From Leptolyngbya sp. (lineage in GTDB: Bacteria > Cyanobacteriota > Cyanobacteriia > Phormidesmidales > Phormidesmidaceae), in contig JAYKHF010000045.1 of assembly GCA_035285305.1 (NCBI GenBank), positions 968-64,967 of the forward strand: a stretch of 64,000 nucleotides of DNA, in the 5' to 3' direction. A program made the translations under genes and the position numbers. Within the stretch, counting starts at the first letter, position 1; each line of letters opens with the position of its first letter. Below the pieces are notes generated by a model. That model was not told the origin of the DNA, did not search any database, and saw only the letters and a list, made by a program, of their open reading frames with translations. Positions 35,893-45,476 of this stretch are shown piece after piece.

Positions 35893-37272
35893 TTAGGGAT
35901 TGGGCCAAATATAGCCGTCGTCGTCGATGGTGAGGGGGGTATTGGGGAAGTCGCGGCGGGTGGCGTTGCGGATCAGGATCACGCTGTTGAAATAGTCGTC
36001 GAGGTAGGGAACCCCGTTGCGGTCTAGGGCCACGGGGACGATGCGCCCGCTGACAAAGGTGCCGTTGCTGTCCAGGTTGGCGGTGAGGATTAGAGAGGTG
36101 CCCAGGGGGCCAACGGTGGAGAGGGTGCGGTAGCCGAGAAAGTTGCCTAGGGAGTAGGCGATTAGCTTGTTGTTGTACAGTTCGATGGCGCGGGGAACGT
36201 GGGGGCCATGGCCGAGGACGAGGTCGGCTCCGTGGTCGATGACCGTGCGGGAAAACTGGACGACATTGCCGCGATTTTCGGACAAAAAATATTCCGTTTG
36301 GTTGCGGGTGACGGTGGCATCGCTGCCTTCCCTGCCAGCGTGGAAGGACACCACCACAATATCGGCGTTTTGTTCGGCCTCCTGCACCAGGGCGGCGGCG
36401 GCGTCTAGGTCTTGGACGGTGTTGTGCTGGCTGAGGTGGCTAAAGCCGACGAAGGCCAATTTGAGCCCCTGGGCTTCGGTGTAAACAATGTCTCCCTTGC
36501 GACCCACGGCTTTGATGCCCTCCAGTTCCAGGTTGGCGATGGTGTCGGCAAAGCCCTGGTCGCCAAAGTCAAAGGCGTGGTTATTGGCCACGCTCATCAC
36601 GTCGAAGCCCGCCACCTTCAGCACACTGGCATACCAGGGCGGGGTGCGAAAGGCGAACACATGGTCGCGGCCAGTATCCTTAGGGCTGTGGGGCAATTCG
36701 GTGAGGGTACTTTCAAAGTTGCCAAAGACCACATCGGCTTGCTGAAGCTGGTAGGCAATGCTGCCAAACAGGTATTGCCAATCCTGGGGCAGGCGGTAGG
36801 TGCGGTAGTCGGTGCCGGGAATGACATCGCCCACGGCGTTTATGGTGAGGCGGGGAGAAGATTGCAGGGCATCGGTGTGGAGGGCTGTGATGCGGTTGGG
36901 GTCGAAGATCGGTGTGAGTTGGGGCGGCGCAGGGACGGCCTCAGCGGCCACGGTTGCCCCGGATTGTTCGGACTCGGGTTTGCCCACGCCATCGATATAA
37001 ATCCCCGCTTCCGAATCAAGGCCCAGTTCTGGCCCGGGCTGGCCGTAGCGCCACTGGGCCACGGCGGCCCCCAACCCCAGCCCCAACCCCACCAAGGCCA
37101 CCAGGGCAAGGCTGCGCTTCGTCCGGCGGGATTGCGCCAGGGCCTTGACCAAGGCTCGGGCCTGGGCACTCAGGACGGGGGGCGGCGCGGCCAGCCCGAG
37201 GGCATTCTTGGACGGCGGTTGGGGGCGTTCCGGCGCATCGCGGCTACCGGGGGCGGGGCTGGGGTTGGGCAC
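35893..37272 (-). CDS. CapA/PgsA-family metallophosphoesterase with N-terminal TM
   Basis: AVGDV, GNFE, ANNHAFDFG, VSFHAG, GADLVLGHGPH, YSLGNF; start uncertain. Confidence 0.85.
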   Translation of the reverse strand: MPNPSPAPGSRDAPERPQPPSKNALGLAAPPPVLSAQARALVKALAQSRRTKRSLALVALVGLGLGLGAAVAQWRYGQPGPELGLDSEAGIYIDGVGKPESEQSGATVAAEAVPAPPQLTPIFDPNRITALHTDALQSSPRLTINAVGDVIPGTDYRTYRLPQDWQYLFGSIAYQLQQADVVFGNFESTLTELPHSPKDTGRDHVFAFRTPPWYASVLKVAGFDVMSVANNHAFDFGDQGFADTIANLELEGIKAVGRKGDIVYTEAQGLKLAFVGFSHLSQHNTVQDLDAAAALVQEAEQNADIVVVSFHAGREGSDATVTRNQTEYFLSENRGNVVQFSRTVIDHGADLVLGHGPHVPRAIELYNNKLIAYSLGNFLGYRTLSTVGPLGTSLILTANLDSNGTFVSGRIVPVALDRNGVPYLDDYFNSVILIRNATRRDFPNTPLTIDDDGYIWPNP

Positions 37273-37397
37273 GGGGCAAAGCTGGCGCGGCTACGCTCAA
37301 ATCATAGCGAGTCATCCAACGGTTTTAACCGCTACAAAACGCCATAATTTAAAGGGCTTTTAACATCCAGCTTTCCTCACCCCACGCACCTCCCCCT

Positions 37398-39149
37398 ATG
37401 ACCGCTGAACCGAATTTTGTGTTGGATTTAACCCTGGCCCTGGGCACCTCGGCCCTGGGGGGATACATCGCCCATCGCCTGAAACAACCGGCCCTGCTGG
37501 GCTATTTGCTGACGGGGTTGATCATTGGCCCCTTTGGCATTGGGCTGCAAACCGATGTAGAGCAAATCCAGGCCCTGGCGGAGGTGGGCATTGCCTTTCT
37601 GCTCTTTGCCCTGGGGGTAGAATTTTCCATCACCGAACTCAAGCGGGTGCGGGCCATTGCCCTCCAGGGGAGTGTGTTGCAGATCGGCCTAACCACGCTG
37701 CTGGTGGCCTCGGTGTCGCTGCTGTCGGGGTCGGCCCAGACGCCGATGCAGGGGATTTTCGTCGGCTTGGTGCTGTCCCTGTCCTCCACGGCGGTGGTGC
37801 TCAAAACCCTGACGGAACGGGGCGAAACCAACACCGTCCACGGCCAGGTGATGCTGGCCCTGCTGATTGCCCAAGACCTGGCCCTGGGGCTGATGTTGGC
37901 CCTGCTGCCCGTGCTGAATCAGCCCGATGCGGTGGGGTTGGCGCTGGGCCTCGCCCTGCTGAAAATCCTGGGTTTCCTGGCGGGGGCCATCGCCCTCGGT
38001 CGCTGGGTGGTGCCCCGCCTAATTCAGCACATCGCCGCCACCGAAAGCAGCGAACTGTTTTTGTTAACGGTGGTGGCCCTCTGTTTGGGGGTGGCCTGGG
38101 TCACGTCCCAACTGGGGCTTTCCATTGCCATGGGGGCCTTTGTGGCGGGGTTGATGATCTCCGAAATTGACTACGCCGACCAAGCCCTAGGCAAGATTTT
38201 GCCCCTGCGCGACACCTTTGCCTGCCTCTTTTTCGCCTCCATCGGCATGTTGATTGACCCCACCCTGATCCTCAACAACCTGGGCACGATTTTGGAACTG
38301 GTGGCCCTGATTATGGTGGGTAAGGCCCTGGTGATTTTGCCCATCGTGCTTGGGTTTGGCTACTCCCTCAACACCGCCGTGAAGACCAGCTTTGGGCTGA
38401 ACCAAATCGGGGAATTTTCCTTTGTCCTGGCCCTCGGTGGCCTAGAGATGGGTCTCATCACTGAAAACCGCTACTCCCTGCTGCTGGGCACCATCGCCAT
38501 TTCCCTCGTGCTCACGCCCCTCTGGATTACCCTCGCCCCCCGGGTGGTGGATCTGCTGCACCATTTACCGATGCTCAAGGCGATCCTGAACCGCACGGAG
38601 GAACCGAAACTGCTATCCGTCCCCGCTGACCTGAACGACCATGTGATTGTGGCGGGCTATGGCCGAGTGGGTGAAGTGCTGGTGAATGTGCTGCTGAGCC
38701 GAGGCTATTCCGTGCTGGTGGTGGAAAATAGCGAAACGGCGGTACAACGGCTGCGCAATCGCCATGTGCCCCTGGTGCCCATTCCCTTTGTCTATGGCGA
38801 TGCCGAAAGCGAACTGGTGATCGACAAAACTCGCCTCGAAACCGCCAAAGCCCTGGCCATTACCCTGCCCGACCCCACCACCACCCGCCTAGTGCTGCAA
38901 CGCGCCCTAGGCCGAGTGCCCGACCTCGATGTGATCGCCCGATCCCACACCAACGAGGAAATTGACGTGCTCACCCAATTGGGGGCGCGGGAGGTGGTGC
39001 AGCCGGAGTTTGAAGCGGCCCTAGAACTGGGCTCCCACCTACTGAATACCCTGGGGGAACCGGCGACGGCCATCCAGTCCGTCCTCAACCACATTCGCGA
39101 TGACCGCTACCGCACCGTCCGCCCCGTGGCCCAGGTGGGGAAGGCCTAA
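37398..39149 (+). CDS. CPA2 cation:proton antiporter with TrkA-N (KTN) domain
   Basis: Many TM helices, LSSTAVVLK, QDL, GAF.AG, QIGEFSF, GYGRVG, V.PEFEA. Confidence 0.9.
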   Translation: MTAEPNFVLDLTLALGTSALGGYIAHRLKQPALLGYLLTGLIIGPFGIGLQTDVEQIQALAEVGIAFLLFALGVEFSITELKRVRAIALQGSVLQIGLTTLLVASVSLLSGSAQTPMQGIFVGLVLSLSSTAVVLKTLTERGETNTVHGQVMLALLIAQDLALGLMLALLPVLNQPDAVGLALGLALLKILGFLAGAIALGRWVVPRLIQHIAATESSELFLLTVVALCLGVAWVTSQLGLSIAMGAFVAGLMISEIDYADQALGKILPLRDTFACLFFASIGMLIDPTLILNNLGTILELVALIMVGKALVILPIVLGFGYSLNTAVKTSFGLNQIGEFSFVLALGGLEMGLITENRYSLLLGTIAISLVLTPLWITLAPRVVDLLHHLPMLKAILNRTEEPKLLSVPADLNDHVIVAGYGRVGEVLVNVLLSRGYSVLVVENSETAVQRLRNRHVPLVPIPFVYGDAESELVIDKTRLETAKALAITLPDPTTTRLVLQRALGRVPDLDVIARSHTNEEIDVLTQLGAREVVQPEFEAALELGSHLLNTLGEPATAIQSVLNHIRDDRYRTVRPVAQVGKA

Positions 39150-39172
39150 TCCCTATCCCCCGACCCTAAGCG

Positions 39173-40225
39173 CTAGGCCGACAACCCCATGAGGGCACAG
39201 AGTTTATAGACAATTCTGGCCCCAACGTTGCCATCCCATTCGCCGTTCCCCGTTTCCGATAGATCAAAGCCGATGATCTGCCGACCGCTGCGCACCACCT
39301 GGCGGAGCAGACAAAAGACCTCCTCCAGTTCTAAGCCACCGGGGACGGGGGTGCCGGTGTGGGGGCAAAGCTTCGGATCGAGGCCATCCACATCAAAGCT
39401 GACGTAGACCTGGGGCGGCAGATGGGCCACGATGGCCTCGCACTGGGCCAGCCAGGTCATGCCCCCATAGCGATTTTCCTTCAGCTTGGCATCGTAGTAG
39501 GTGACGATGCGTCCGGCGGATTGGTCGATCAGGGCTACTTCGTCGTGGCACAGATCGCGAATCCCCACCTGCACTAGGCGGTCAACTGGCGGCAGGGCCA
39601 GGGCGTTGTGCATGATCGAGGCGTGGGAATAGCGGAACCCCTGGTAGGCCAACCGCAGGTCAGCATGGGCGTCAATATGCAGAATGCCAAAGCGGGGATA
39701 GCGCTCCGCCAAGGCCCGCAGATAGCCCAGGGGCACGCTGTGGTCGCCGCCAATCACCCCTACCCGCTTGCCCTGATCGAGGGCTTGGCCAGCTTGGCCA
39801 TAGATCCAGTCATTCATGTGCTCGCAGGCCTGGTTCACCTGGTCGAGGGCCTCCTGAAGCGAGGGCTGTTGGGCGATGGCAACTCCCTCCTCCAGGGCCT
39901 GAATCACCCGGTGGGCCATCTCCCGCATGGGGGCATTCAACTGCCCCAGGTGTTGGGGAATGGGCGGCATAAAAATACCCTGTCGCCAGCCGTCGGGGTT
40001 GTCGAGATCGTACAGATCAAGCTGGGGCGACGCCTCCAACACCCGCTGCGGCCCCTGGGCGGTGCCCTCGTGGTAGGACACCGTCACCTCCCAGGGCACC
40101 CCAAACACGATAATTTGGGCGTCGTCGTAGGTGCAGGGCAAACCATAGAGGTTGCCGTTGTCTAGCCCCACACCGCTAGGGTCAAAGGTTTCCAGCGTAT
40201 TCACAGGCTTATTTTCATCCTTCAT
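39173..40225 (-). CDS. Agmatinase/arginase-family ureohydrolase
   Basis: GGDHSV, HIDAHADLR, QVGIRD, SFDVDGLDP, TGTPVPGG. Confidence 0.88.
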   Translation of the reverse strand: MKDENKPVNTLETFDPSGVGLDNGNLYGLPCTYDDAQIIVFGVPWEVTVSYHEGTAQGPQRVLEASPQLDLYDLDNPDGWRQGIFMPPIPQHLGQLNAPMREMAHRVIQALEEGVAIAQQPSLQEALDQVNQACEHMNDWIYGQAGQALDQGKRVGVIGGDHSVPLGYLRALAERYPRFGILHIDAHADLRLAYQGFRYSHASIMHNALALPPVDRLVQVGIRDLCHDEVALIDQSAGRIVTYYDAKLKENRYGGMTWLAQCEAIVAHLPPQVYVSFDVDGLDPKLCPHTGTPVPGGLELEEVFCLLRQVVRSGRQIIGFDLSETGNGEWDGNVGARIVYKLCALMGLSA

Positions 40226-40233
40226 GGGTACGG

Positions 40234-40271
40234 CCTTTACCTTTTGCCCTTTACCTTTTGCCCTTTACCTT
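40234..40271. repeat. 14-bp tandem repeat CCTTTACCTTTTGC x2.7
   Basis: Fills most of the intergenic gap between the DUF938 and agmatinase genes. Confidence 0.85.
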
Positions 40272-40280
40272 CCCAGCCCC

Positions 40281-40946
40281 CTAGGCCCGAAACACCACCG
40301 AAAGGTTATTGGCGGGCATGGCCACGGTTTCCTGGCAGCGCAGGCCAACCGACTCCGCCGCCGCTACCACCGCCTCTAGGTCGCGGACGCCCCAGGCTGG
40401 GTTTTGGGCCTGGAGGGCCTCGTCAAAGGCGGCGTTGCTAGGGGCGGTGTGCTGTCCCCCCTGCTTAAAGGGGCCATAGAGATAGAGGACGCCGCCGCTG
40501 GAAAGCAGCCGCCCAGCCCCCGCCATTAGCCCCAGGCAAGCGTCCCAGGGGGCGATGTGAACCATGTTGATGTTGACCAAGGCGGTGATCGGATGCTGGG
40601 CCAAATCCACCCCCAGGGTCGCCGCTGTATCCTCCACAGGCCAAGGGGTGTGGCTGGCATCTAGGGCTAGGGGTGGGTGCAGGTTCTCAGCGGAAACCGT
40701 GGCCTGCCAAGCCCGAATACTGTCCCGAGATTGGGGGTCTAGATCCGAAGGAAGCCACTGCCGAGGGGCCAGCCGAGGGGCAAAAAAGACGGCGTGTTCT
40801 CCGGTGCCGCTGGAAATTTCGAGCACCGTGCCCGTGGGCGGCAACACCCGTTCCAGCACCGCCAAAATGGGTTCGCGGTTGCGTTGGGTGGCGGGGGCGT
40901 GGCGGCGGGCATCCAGCGGATTATCCATGGGGGTGGCGTAGGGCAT
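40281..40946 (-). CDS. DUF938 SAM-dependent methyltransferase
   Basis: APA..RNREPIL, VLEI.SGTG.H, W.PSD, INMVHI.PW, LYGPF, SN..FD, MPANN; start at 40946 or 40928. Confidence 0.88.
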   Translation of the reverse strand: MPYATPMDNPLDARRHAPATQRNREPILAVLERVLPPTGTVLEISSGTGEHAVFFAPRLAPRQWLPSDLDPQSRDSIRAWQATVSAENLHPPLALDASHTPWPVEDTAATLGVDLAQHPITALVNINMVHIAPWDACLGLMAGAGRLLSSGGVLYLYGPFKQGGQHTAPSNAAFDEALQAQNPAWGVRDLEAVVAAAESVGLRCQETVAMPANNLSVVFRA

Positions 40947-40951
40947 GGGCC

Positions 40952-41221
40952 TTAAAACACCTGGTTCCAGGCGTGGATTTCGTAGTCGGTCCAAATGCCG
41001 TTTTGCCAGTAGGGATCGGCCTCCACCAATTGGCGCACCGTGGCTTCATCCTCGGCTTCATAAATCCCAAACACCTTGCGGTTGTCGGTGGTTGGCCCCA
41101 GGGCCACCAGAATCCCCCGATCCTTTTGAGCCTGAAGCCCTTGCAGGTGAGCCTCACGGTAGGGGGTGCGTTTTTCCAGGGCATGGTCGCAATAGCTGCC
41201 CCACAGGACGTATTTGGCCAT
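40952..41221 (-). CDS. YciI-family protein
   Basis: KR..YREAHL, GPT.D, DPYW.NGIW. Confidence 0.85.
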   Translation of the reverse strand: MAKYVLWGSYCDHALEKRTPYREAHLQGLQAQKDRGILVALGPTTDNRKVFGIYEAEDEATVRQLVEADPYWQNGIWTDYEIHAWNQVF

Positions 41222-41365
41222 GGGTTGATTACTCCTGGTGATCACTCCAAAACAGGCCCATCCTACCAGGCAACCGCCCTAAACCGTTCCAAAATCCCGG
41301 CGGCGCAACCCGATTCCCCAGTATGGGCCGGTGCAGGACTGCGTTATCCCGGAGCGGGGGCTCCC

Positions 41366-42109
41366 CTAGCAAAAAAAGTTGGCGTAGGCGGGTGCAGTGG
41401 GTTCCGTCAGCAGGCTTTGACCATAGGCCCGCTGGATGTTCTCAAAGGTCATCACGGTTTGGGGGGTGTCGTTGGCCAGCAGAGTTCGGTTCAACAGCAG
41501 CAGGCGATCATAGCGGTGCAGGGCTTCGCCCCATTCGTGGCTGCATACCAGGAGAGTTTTACCCTGGGCCTTCAGTTCGGTAAAGATGCTCAGCATCAGG
41601 GCTTCGGTCTTTTTGTCGATGGCCGTGAAGGGTTCATCCAGCAGCAGCAGGTCGGCATTTTGGGCCAGGGCACGGGCCAAAAATACCCGCTGCTGCTGTC
41701 CGCCAGACAGTTCGCCAATGGGCCGATGGGCCAGGTGCAGCATATCCACCCGCTCTAGGGCCACGGTAACGCGCTGCTTCGCCTGCTCGCTGGGAGACTT
41801 GAACCAACCCGCCAGGGCCGATTGGGCCATCAGCGCCACATTCCACGCGGTGATGGGATAGTCCCAGTCAATGCGGGATCGCTGGGGCAGGTAGGCCACC
41901 GCCCGCCGCCGCCGCCGCAGAGGCACCCCCTGGAACATCACGCGCCCTTGGTGGGGGACAAGGCCCAAGAGGGCTTTAATAAACGTGCTTTTCCCGGCCC
42001 CATTTGGCCCGACTAGGCCCACTAATTCCCCTGGAGCCAACACCACAGACACCCGTTGCAGGGCCGCAACTCCCCGATAGTGGACGGATAGGTCTTGAAC
42101 CTCTAGCAT
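41366..42109 (-). CDS. Zn/Mn ABC transporter ATP-binding subunit (ZnuC/MntA-like), no adjacent permease or binding protein
   Basis: GPNGAGKST, YLPQR..IDWDYP, LSGGQQQRVFLARAL, LDEPF. Confidence 0.88.
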   Translation of the reverse strand: MLEVQDLSVHYRGVAALQRVSVVLAPGELVGLVGPNGAGKSTFIKALLGLVPHQGRVMFQGVPLRRRRRAVAYLPQRSRIDWDYPITAWNVALMAQSALAGWFKSPSEQAKQRVTVALERVDMLHLAHRPIGELSGGQQQRVFLARALAQNADLLLLDEPFTAIDKKTEALMLSIFTELKAQGKTLLVCSHEWGEALHRYDRLLLLNRTLLANDTPQTVMTFENIQRAYGQSLLTEPTAPAYANFFC

Positions 42110-42130
42110 GATCGCCAAAGCCACCAAAAA

Positions 42131-42145
42131 TGATAACCGTTATCA
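42131..42145. promoter_or_regulatory. Zur/Fur-family operator (7-1-7 palindrome TGATAAC-C-GTTATCA)
   Basis: Perfect palindrome resembling the cyanobacterial Zur consensus TGATAATNATTATCA, about 20 bp upstream of the metal ABC ATPase start. Confidence 0.7.
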
Positions 42146-42225
42146 CTATCATACTCGGCATTCGCTTCTCTGGGAACCTGGCCTCTCACCAATCTGGTGC
42201 TCCGCCGAACCAGCGCCCCCTAACC

Positions 42226-42299
42226 GCTTTGATGGGGATAGCTTTGATGGGGACGGCTTTGAGGAGGACGGTCTTGAGGAAGACAGCGTGGATAAAACA
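42226..42299. repeat. Degenerating 15-bp tandem repeat (GCTTTGATGGGGATA-like) x5
   Basis: GCTTTGATGGGGATA / GCTTTGATGGGGACG / GCTTTGAGGAGGACG / GTCTTGAGGAAGACA / GCGTGGATAAAACA. Confidence 0.7.
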
Positions 42300-42346
42300 G
42301 CCTTGATATGATAGCCATAGCGAGCCTGCCGATTCTGTAACTCACC

Positions 42347-42685
42347 ATGACAACCGCACCGGAACCCAGAGACCTGCAAGCTGAAGTGCTGGAACGCATT
42401 GATCGGCTGGATCAAAGCCTCAATCGTCGCATCCAGGGATTAGAGCAAAATATCCAGGGGTTAGAGCAAAATATCCAAGACCTAGATCACAAGCTGGATA
42501 CCGACATCAAGCGCCTTGATGAGCGCACCGACAAGTGGGAAGAGCGCTTTTTGCAACTGTCGAAGGATAACTTGGTCATTTCCCGCACGGTGATTATTGC
42601 GGCGGCAACGGTGGTCATCTTTGGTAGCGTGCTAGACAAGGCCGAGGTGCTGGTGGAGGGGTTTTCTTGCTTGATGGGGAAATAG
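42347..42685 (+). CDS. Small coiled-coil protein with C-terminal hydrophobic helix
   Basis: Heptad repeat IQGLEQN x2 from a 21-bp DNA repeat; hydrophobic VISRTVIIAAATVVIFG. Confidence 0.6.
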   Translation: MTTAPEPRDLQAEVLERIDRLDQSLNRRIQGLEQNIQGLEQNIQDLDHKLDTDIKRLDERTDKWEERFLQLSKDNLVISRTVIIAAATVVIFGSVLDKAEVLVEGFSCLMGK

Positions 42686-42724
42686 ACGGGCCTAACCCCT
42701 GTCAAGGTGGCGCTTCCCGGTAGG

Positions 42725-42766
42725 TTACTCCTGAAAAGATTGCTCCTAAAAAGATTGCCCCTGAAA
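42725..42766. repeat. 15-bp tandem repeat TT(A/G)CTCCT(G/A)AAAAGA x~3
   Basis: At 42725-39, 42740-54 and 42755-66. Confidence 0.75.
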
Positions 42767-42821
42767 CCGGGTTCTCTCCCAAGGCCCAAAGCTTGCTATT
42801 TCCGGGAGCCCCCCACCGCTT

Positions 42822-44483
42822 CTAGCGCCGCTTCAGCCAGAGCAGCACCGCCAGGATAAAGCCCACCACGGGCAACACCAGTAGGGCAAACACCCCGAGG
42901 CCAATCTGCTGCTGCACCGTCATCACAAGGCGGCGGCTGGTGACTTCCCGGGGGCGAATGGAGAGGGTGGTGTCGTCGGCTTGGCCCAGCCAACTCACGG
43001 AATTGAGGAACACATCGCCGTTGAGTTGCTGCTCGAACAGGCCATCGGTGGCAAAGGAGGCGTTGCCGATGACAACCAGACGGGCTTCCTTGGCCTCAGG
43101 GCTAGCATCCTCAGGATTCCCAGGGGCAGAGTCGGCGGGGTCGCCAGTTTCTGCCGTCGTGGTGGACTCCTCGGCAGACTCGTTTGCCGCTGGGGACGCT
43201 TCGCCCGTTGCTGTTTCCCCTACAGTAACCGGACGACTGAGCGCCACGCCGAGGCTGTAGGGGCCGGAGGGAGGCGCATTTTCGTCGAACTGGAGTTCGC
43301 CTTCGGCAGAGAGGGCTTCGGCGCGGCTTTGGGGGTTGCTGTTGAGGATGGGCGCAGCGGTCACCCCCGCCACCTCCTCCACGTTGACGGGCCGCACCAA
43401 GGGGAAGAAGGATCGCCCGGTGCCAAAGTCGCGGGTGATGGGGTGGTCGCCGTAGTCGGTCACGAGGGGGGCGGCGGGGCCAAGGCCGACCAATTGCCCT
43501 GCGCCGGAGGTATCTAGCACAATGCGGTTATCCAGGGTCACACCCCAGGGATCCAGCAGGCTATCCAAATTGGGGCTGGTGCGCGGGTCAATCAGCAACA
43601 TCAGACTGCCACCCTGATCCAGGTAGGTTTGGAGCGCTGCGACCTCAGCGTCAAAGAATTCCGTGGCTGGCCCTGCCACAATGACCAGGCTGGCGTCCTC
43701 CGGCACGGTGGGGGTGGTGGAAAGATCCAGGGGCTCCACGGTGAAGCCCTTTTCCCCTAGGGCCGTGGCGGCTTGGAGAAATCCGGTTTCGCTACCGTCG
43801 ATGGCAAATTCTTGGTGGCCCTGGGTGAAGTAGGCCTTGAGGCTGCTTTCGGTGTCCAACTGGGCCAGGGTATTGGTGAGGGTGCGCTCCGACAGCCGAT
43901 CCGAGGGGGTGAGGGTTTGCACGGGGCGGCGAGTCTCGCCCTGTTCCACAAACACCATCCCCGGCTGGGTGACGTTAAACTCCTGGGCTAGACGGGGGTT
44001 GTCGTAGGGATTCACAAACTCGAAGGCAAAGTTGCTGCCCAACCGTCGGTAACTTTCCAAAAGCTGCCGATCCTGGGGGTTTTGGCTGGGGTCAAACACC
44101 AGCACCCGCGTTGGTTCGACCAGGGCTTGGACGACTTGCTTAGACTCGGGGGCCAGGGTGAAGATTTGGTTTTCGGTCAAATCCACCCGGCTGGAGTAGC
44201 GCACCGCCAGGAAGTTCACTAAGCCCAAAATGGCCAGCACCGCCAGCACCGACACCAGGGCATTGGCCCCCGCCTCCGTGGAACGCTGACTCCAGAACCG
44301 ATTGCGGCCATATTCACTAAAGCCAAGGCCCACCACCATCAACCCTAGCCCGCCCAGCAGCAGCGCTGCGGGCAGGGGCGTCCACCCCGCCACAAAACCC
44401 GCCAGTAGCCCCGCTGTGGTGAAGGCCAAACCGGGCAGGGCCAGGTACTTGAGATACTGCTGATAGGCCACCTTAACGTTCAT
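42822..44483 (-). CDS. GldG-family ABC auxiliary component
   Basis: N-terminal TMs, DLT.N..FTL, YFTQGH.E, AGP, YL..GG.L..L.DP, HPIT, V.G...F, N..FLNS..WL, C-terminal TM. Confidence 0.88.
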   Translation of the reverse strand: MNVKVAYQQYLKYLALPGLAFTTAGLLAGFVAGWTPLPAALLLGGLGLMVVGLGFSEYGRNRFWSQRSTEAGANALVSVLAVLAILGLVNFLAVRYSSRVDLTENQIFTLAPESKQVVQALVEPTRVLVFDPSQNPQDRQLLESYRRLGSNFAFEFVNPYDNPRLAQEFNVTQPGMVFVEQGETRRPVQTLTPSDRLSERTLTNTLAQLDTESSLKAYFTQGHQEFAIDGSETGFLQAATALGEKGFTVEPLDLSTTPTVPEDASLVIVAGPATEFFDAEVAALQTYLDQGGSLMLLIDPRTSPNLDSLLDPWGVTLDNRIVLDTSGAGQLVGLGPAAPLVTDYGDHPITRDFGTGRSFFPLVRPVNVEEVAGVTAAPILNSNPQSRAEALSAEGELQFDENAPPSGPYSLGVALSRPVTVGETATGEASPAANESAEESTTTAETGDPADSAPGNPEDASPEAKEARLVVIGNASFATDGLFEQQLNGDVFLNSVSWLGQADDTTLSIRPREVTSRRLVMTVQQQIGLGVFALLVLPVVGFILAVLLWLKRR

Positions 44484-44549
44484 GGATCTACACCAAAAGG
44501 GACTGGTCGAGGGGATGGGACTGAATCAATGGGAAGTAGTTACCTAGGT

Positions 44550-44645
44550 GGCCCTCACCCTAAATCCCTCTCCCAGGTTGGGAGAGGGACTTTGCAGAAC
44601 TTCCGGATCCCGTCTCCCTTGGGGAGAGGGGCTGGGGGTAAGGGC
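44550..44645. repeat. Full-length CCCTCACCC/CCCTCTCCC palindromic element
   Basis: GGCCCTCACCCTAAATCCCTCTCCCA-GGT-TGGGAGAGGGACTTTG...GGGAGAGGGGCTGGGGGTAAGGGC; very similar to 54818-54916. Confidence 0.85.
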
Positions 44646-45476
44646 TTAGGATCGCTGGAACCGCAGGGCTTCAACGGATTGGGCAGTGAGGAAAATGCCC
44701 AGGACAATGAAGGACAGAAACAGCACCAGGCTGCTGGAGTCGAACACACCTTCGGTAAAGGTGGTGAAGTGGCGCAGCAGGGAGAGATGGCTGAAGGCTT
44801 CCCCCAGGGCACCGGGCAACCCCTGGGCCACGGCATCCACCAGCCAGAGGAACAGGATGAGGGCGAAGGTCATAATTGCCGCCAGGACGGTGCTATCGGT
44901 GAGGGAGGAGATAAACATCCCCAAGGCCAGCAGGCTGGCGGCCATCAGCACCAAGCCCACGTAGGAGAGCACAAACCCCGCCGAACCCACCGGGGGGGAG
45001 GCCGTCCCCAAGGCTACGGACTGGCCCACCATCAGGGGCAGCACCATGCCGATGTAGAACGTCACCACCGCCAACAGTTTGCCCAGGGCCACGGCCCAGT
45101 TCGGTAGGGGAGATGTGGCTAAAAGCTCTAGGGTGCCCTGCTTGCGTTCGTCGGTATAAAGGCCCATGGAGAGCATGGGCAGCACAAACATCGACAACGA
45201 CCCCAGGAGCCCCACGTAGGCTTTGTTGAACTCATAGGCCACATCAAAGGGCGGCGGCGGGGCCATCCCCATTTGGGTGGCTTGATCGGCCTGGGCAGCG
45301 GCGGCGATGAGCCCCTGCGGCCCTAGCAAAATCGCCACCAGAAAAAAGCCCCCCAGCAGCCAAAACACCGCCGCAATCACGTAGGACAGAGGAGCCGTGA
45401 CGTAGCTTTGCAGTTCCCGCTGGTAGATGGCCAGGATGTTCTTGAAAATCAGGTTGTTCACGTTCGTCTTCGTCAT
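44646..45476 (-). CDS. GldF-like ABC-2 permease
   Basis: REL.SY..PL.Y, M.L..ER..GTLELL.T.P, GK, G.F.SSLT. Confidence 0.88.
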   Translation of the reverse strand: MTKTNVNNLIFKNILAIYQRELQSYVTAPLSYVIAAVFWLLGGFFLVAILLGPQGLIAAAAQADQATQMGMAPPPPFDVAYEFNKAYVGLLGSLSMFVLPMLSMGLYTDERKQGTLELLATSPLPNWAVALGKLLAVVTFYIGMVLPLMVGQSVALGTASPPVGSAGFVLSYVGLVLMAASLLALGMFISSLTDSTVLAAIMTFALILFLWLVDAVAQGLPGALGEAFSHLSLLRHFTTFTEGVFDSSSLVLFLSFIVLGIFLTAQSVEALRFQRS

